Assembly (NCBI GenBank): GCA_041745695.1
Contig: JBGTIL010000002.1
Span: forward strand, 1-55,491
Direction: 5' to 3'
DNA: 55,491 nucleotides
From: Chitinophagaceae bacterium
GTDB taxonomy: Bacteria > Bacteroidota > Bacteroidia > Chitinophagales > Chitinophagaceae
Shown here: positions 54,662-55,491 of the stretch, piece by piece
How the letters are laid out: each line of letters opens with the position of its first letter
Numbering within the stretch: the stretch's first letter is position 1
The notes under the pieces: generated by a model
What the model was told of the DNA's origin: nothing
Databases searched by the model: none
The model's input: the letters and a program-made list of their open reading frames with translations, nothing else
Made by a program: the position numbers and the translations under genes

Positions 54662-55027
54662 ATGGAAGCACAAGGAATCTATACCGTACATGAAGGAAAG
54701 AATGTAAAAAGAATTCGTGAAATCTTCGGAATTAAACAAGATCATCTGGCTCTTGATTTGGGGATAAGTCAGCAAGCTGTTTCTCTGTTGGAACAGAAAG
54801 AAATTATTGACTATGACCTTCTGGAAAAGGTTGCAAAGGCATTGAAAGTTACTCCTGAAGCCATCAAAAACTTCAATGAACAAGCAGTAGTTAATAACAT
54901 CAATAATACTTTTCATGATCATTCAGTGAACTTTCAATTTAATCCTATTGAAAAGATCGTTGAATTATATGAACGTCTTTTGCAAAGTGAAAAAGAAAAA
55001 AATGAATTGATCAAAAACAAAATGTGA
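54662..55027 (+). CDS. XRE-family regulator
   Basis: HEGKNVKRIRE..GIKQDHLA.DLGISQQAVS; FNPIEKIVELYERLL tail typical of Bacteroidota XRE proteins. Confidence 0.9.
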   Translation: MEAQGIYTVHEGKNVKRIREIFGIKQDHLALDLGISQQAVSLLEQKEIIDYDLLEKVAKALKVTPEAIKNFNEQAVVNNINNTFHDHSVNFQFNPIEKIVELYERLLQSEKEKNELIKNKM

Positions 55028-55095
55028 ATGTTGATTTGTAATAGACCTTTTTTATCGAACACCCTGTAAATGGGAATCGAAACTAAATTCATTTC

Positions 55096-55190
55096 CTGCA
55101 TCATTCCTTTACCACGCATATTTGGAAAAAGGCATAGATATCCGTTACATTAAAGACCTTTTGGGGCATTTCAATATCAAAATTACTGAC
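55096..55190 (+). pseudogene. Frameshifted C-terminal fragment of a Xer/integron-like tyrosine recombinase
   Basis: Translates as LHHSFTTH-(frameshift)-LEKGIDIRYIKDLLGHFNIKIT. Confidence 0.8.
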
Positions 55191-55491
55191 CACGGTATGC
55201 ACTGGAATAATAAATTGAAGGCAAACTGTAGGGAAATAAAAGAAGAAACCTTATTTTGTTAGATCAATCAAGGTTGTTTGAGCTGACCGAAGCAAAGCAA
55301 AGCAGTTATGGCTGTAACGTTAAAACTAATTAAAAAATCAAACGAATAGAATCAGAAAGGTCGATACTTTCCGCCTAATAGCAATATTTACGGCAACGTC
55401 GGCCAACTCAAAAGTATACCGCAAGGCCCCGTATCATACATGTGATGCGGGGCTTTATCAGGGGGCCTTTCGGATACTTTTCTATCTGTTG

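Overview
The window is almost entirely one apparently complete ~53.4-kb temperate, long-tailed (siphovirus-like) prophage. It is integrated into the 3' end of a host tRNA-Leu(CAG) (57..140), with a 17-bp att core at 125..141 and again at 53526..53542. TAnnTTTG promoters, Q-rule signal peptides and the PKD repeats point to a Bacteroidota host, probably Chitinophagaceae-like (inference). Modules from left to right: tyrosine integrase; a small XRE operon; an unusual lysis/cargo cassette (orphan receiver domain, holin-like genes, ACP-like protein, outer-membrane beta-barrel, GH73 endolysin, secreted beta-helix, astacin-like protease); large beta-helix/fibre genes, several with signal peptides; tail tube, neck and head genes; portal; tail tip, tape measure and chaperone genes lying between portal and terminase; replication/recombination genes (initiator, SNF2 helicase, HNH, DnaA-domain-IV protein, exonuclease, RecT); a phage tRNA(CAU) with an adjacent structured non-coding region; and a CI/Cro switch. 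Beyond attR lie a decayed copy of the integrase 5' end, a lipoprotein, an XRE gene and a tyrosine-recombinase fragment. The best candidate for an undescribed system is the translationally coupled late cassette at 2.6-18 kb. All calls come from motif reading and synteny; no searches were run.
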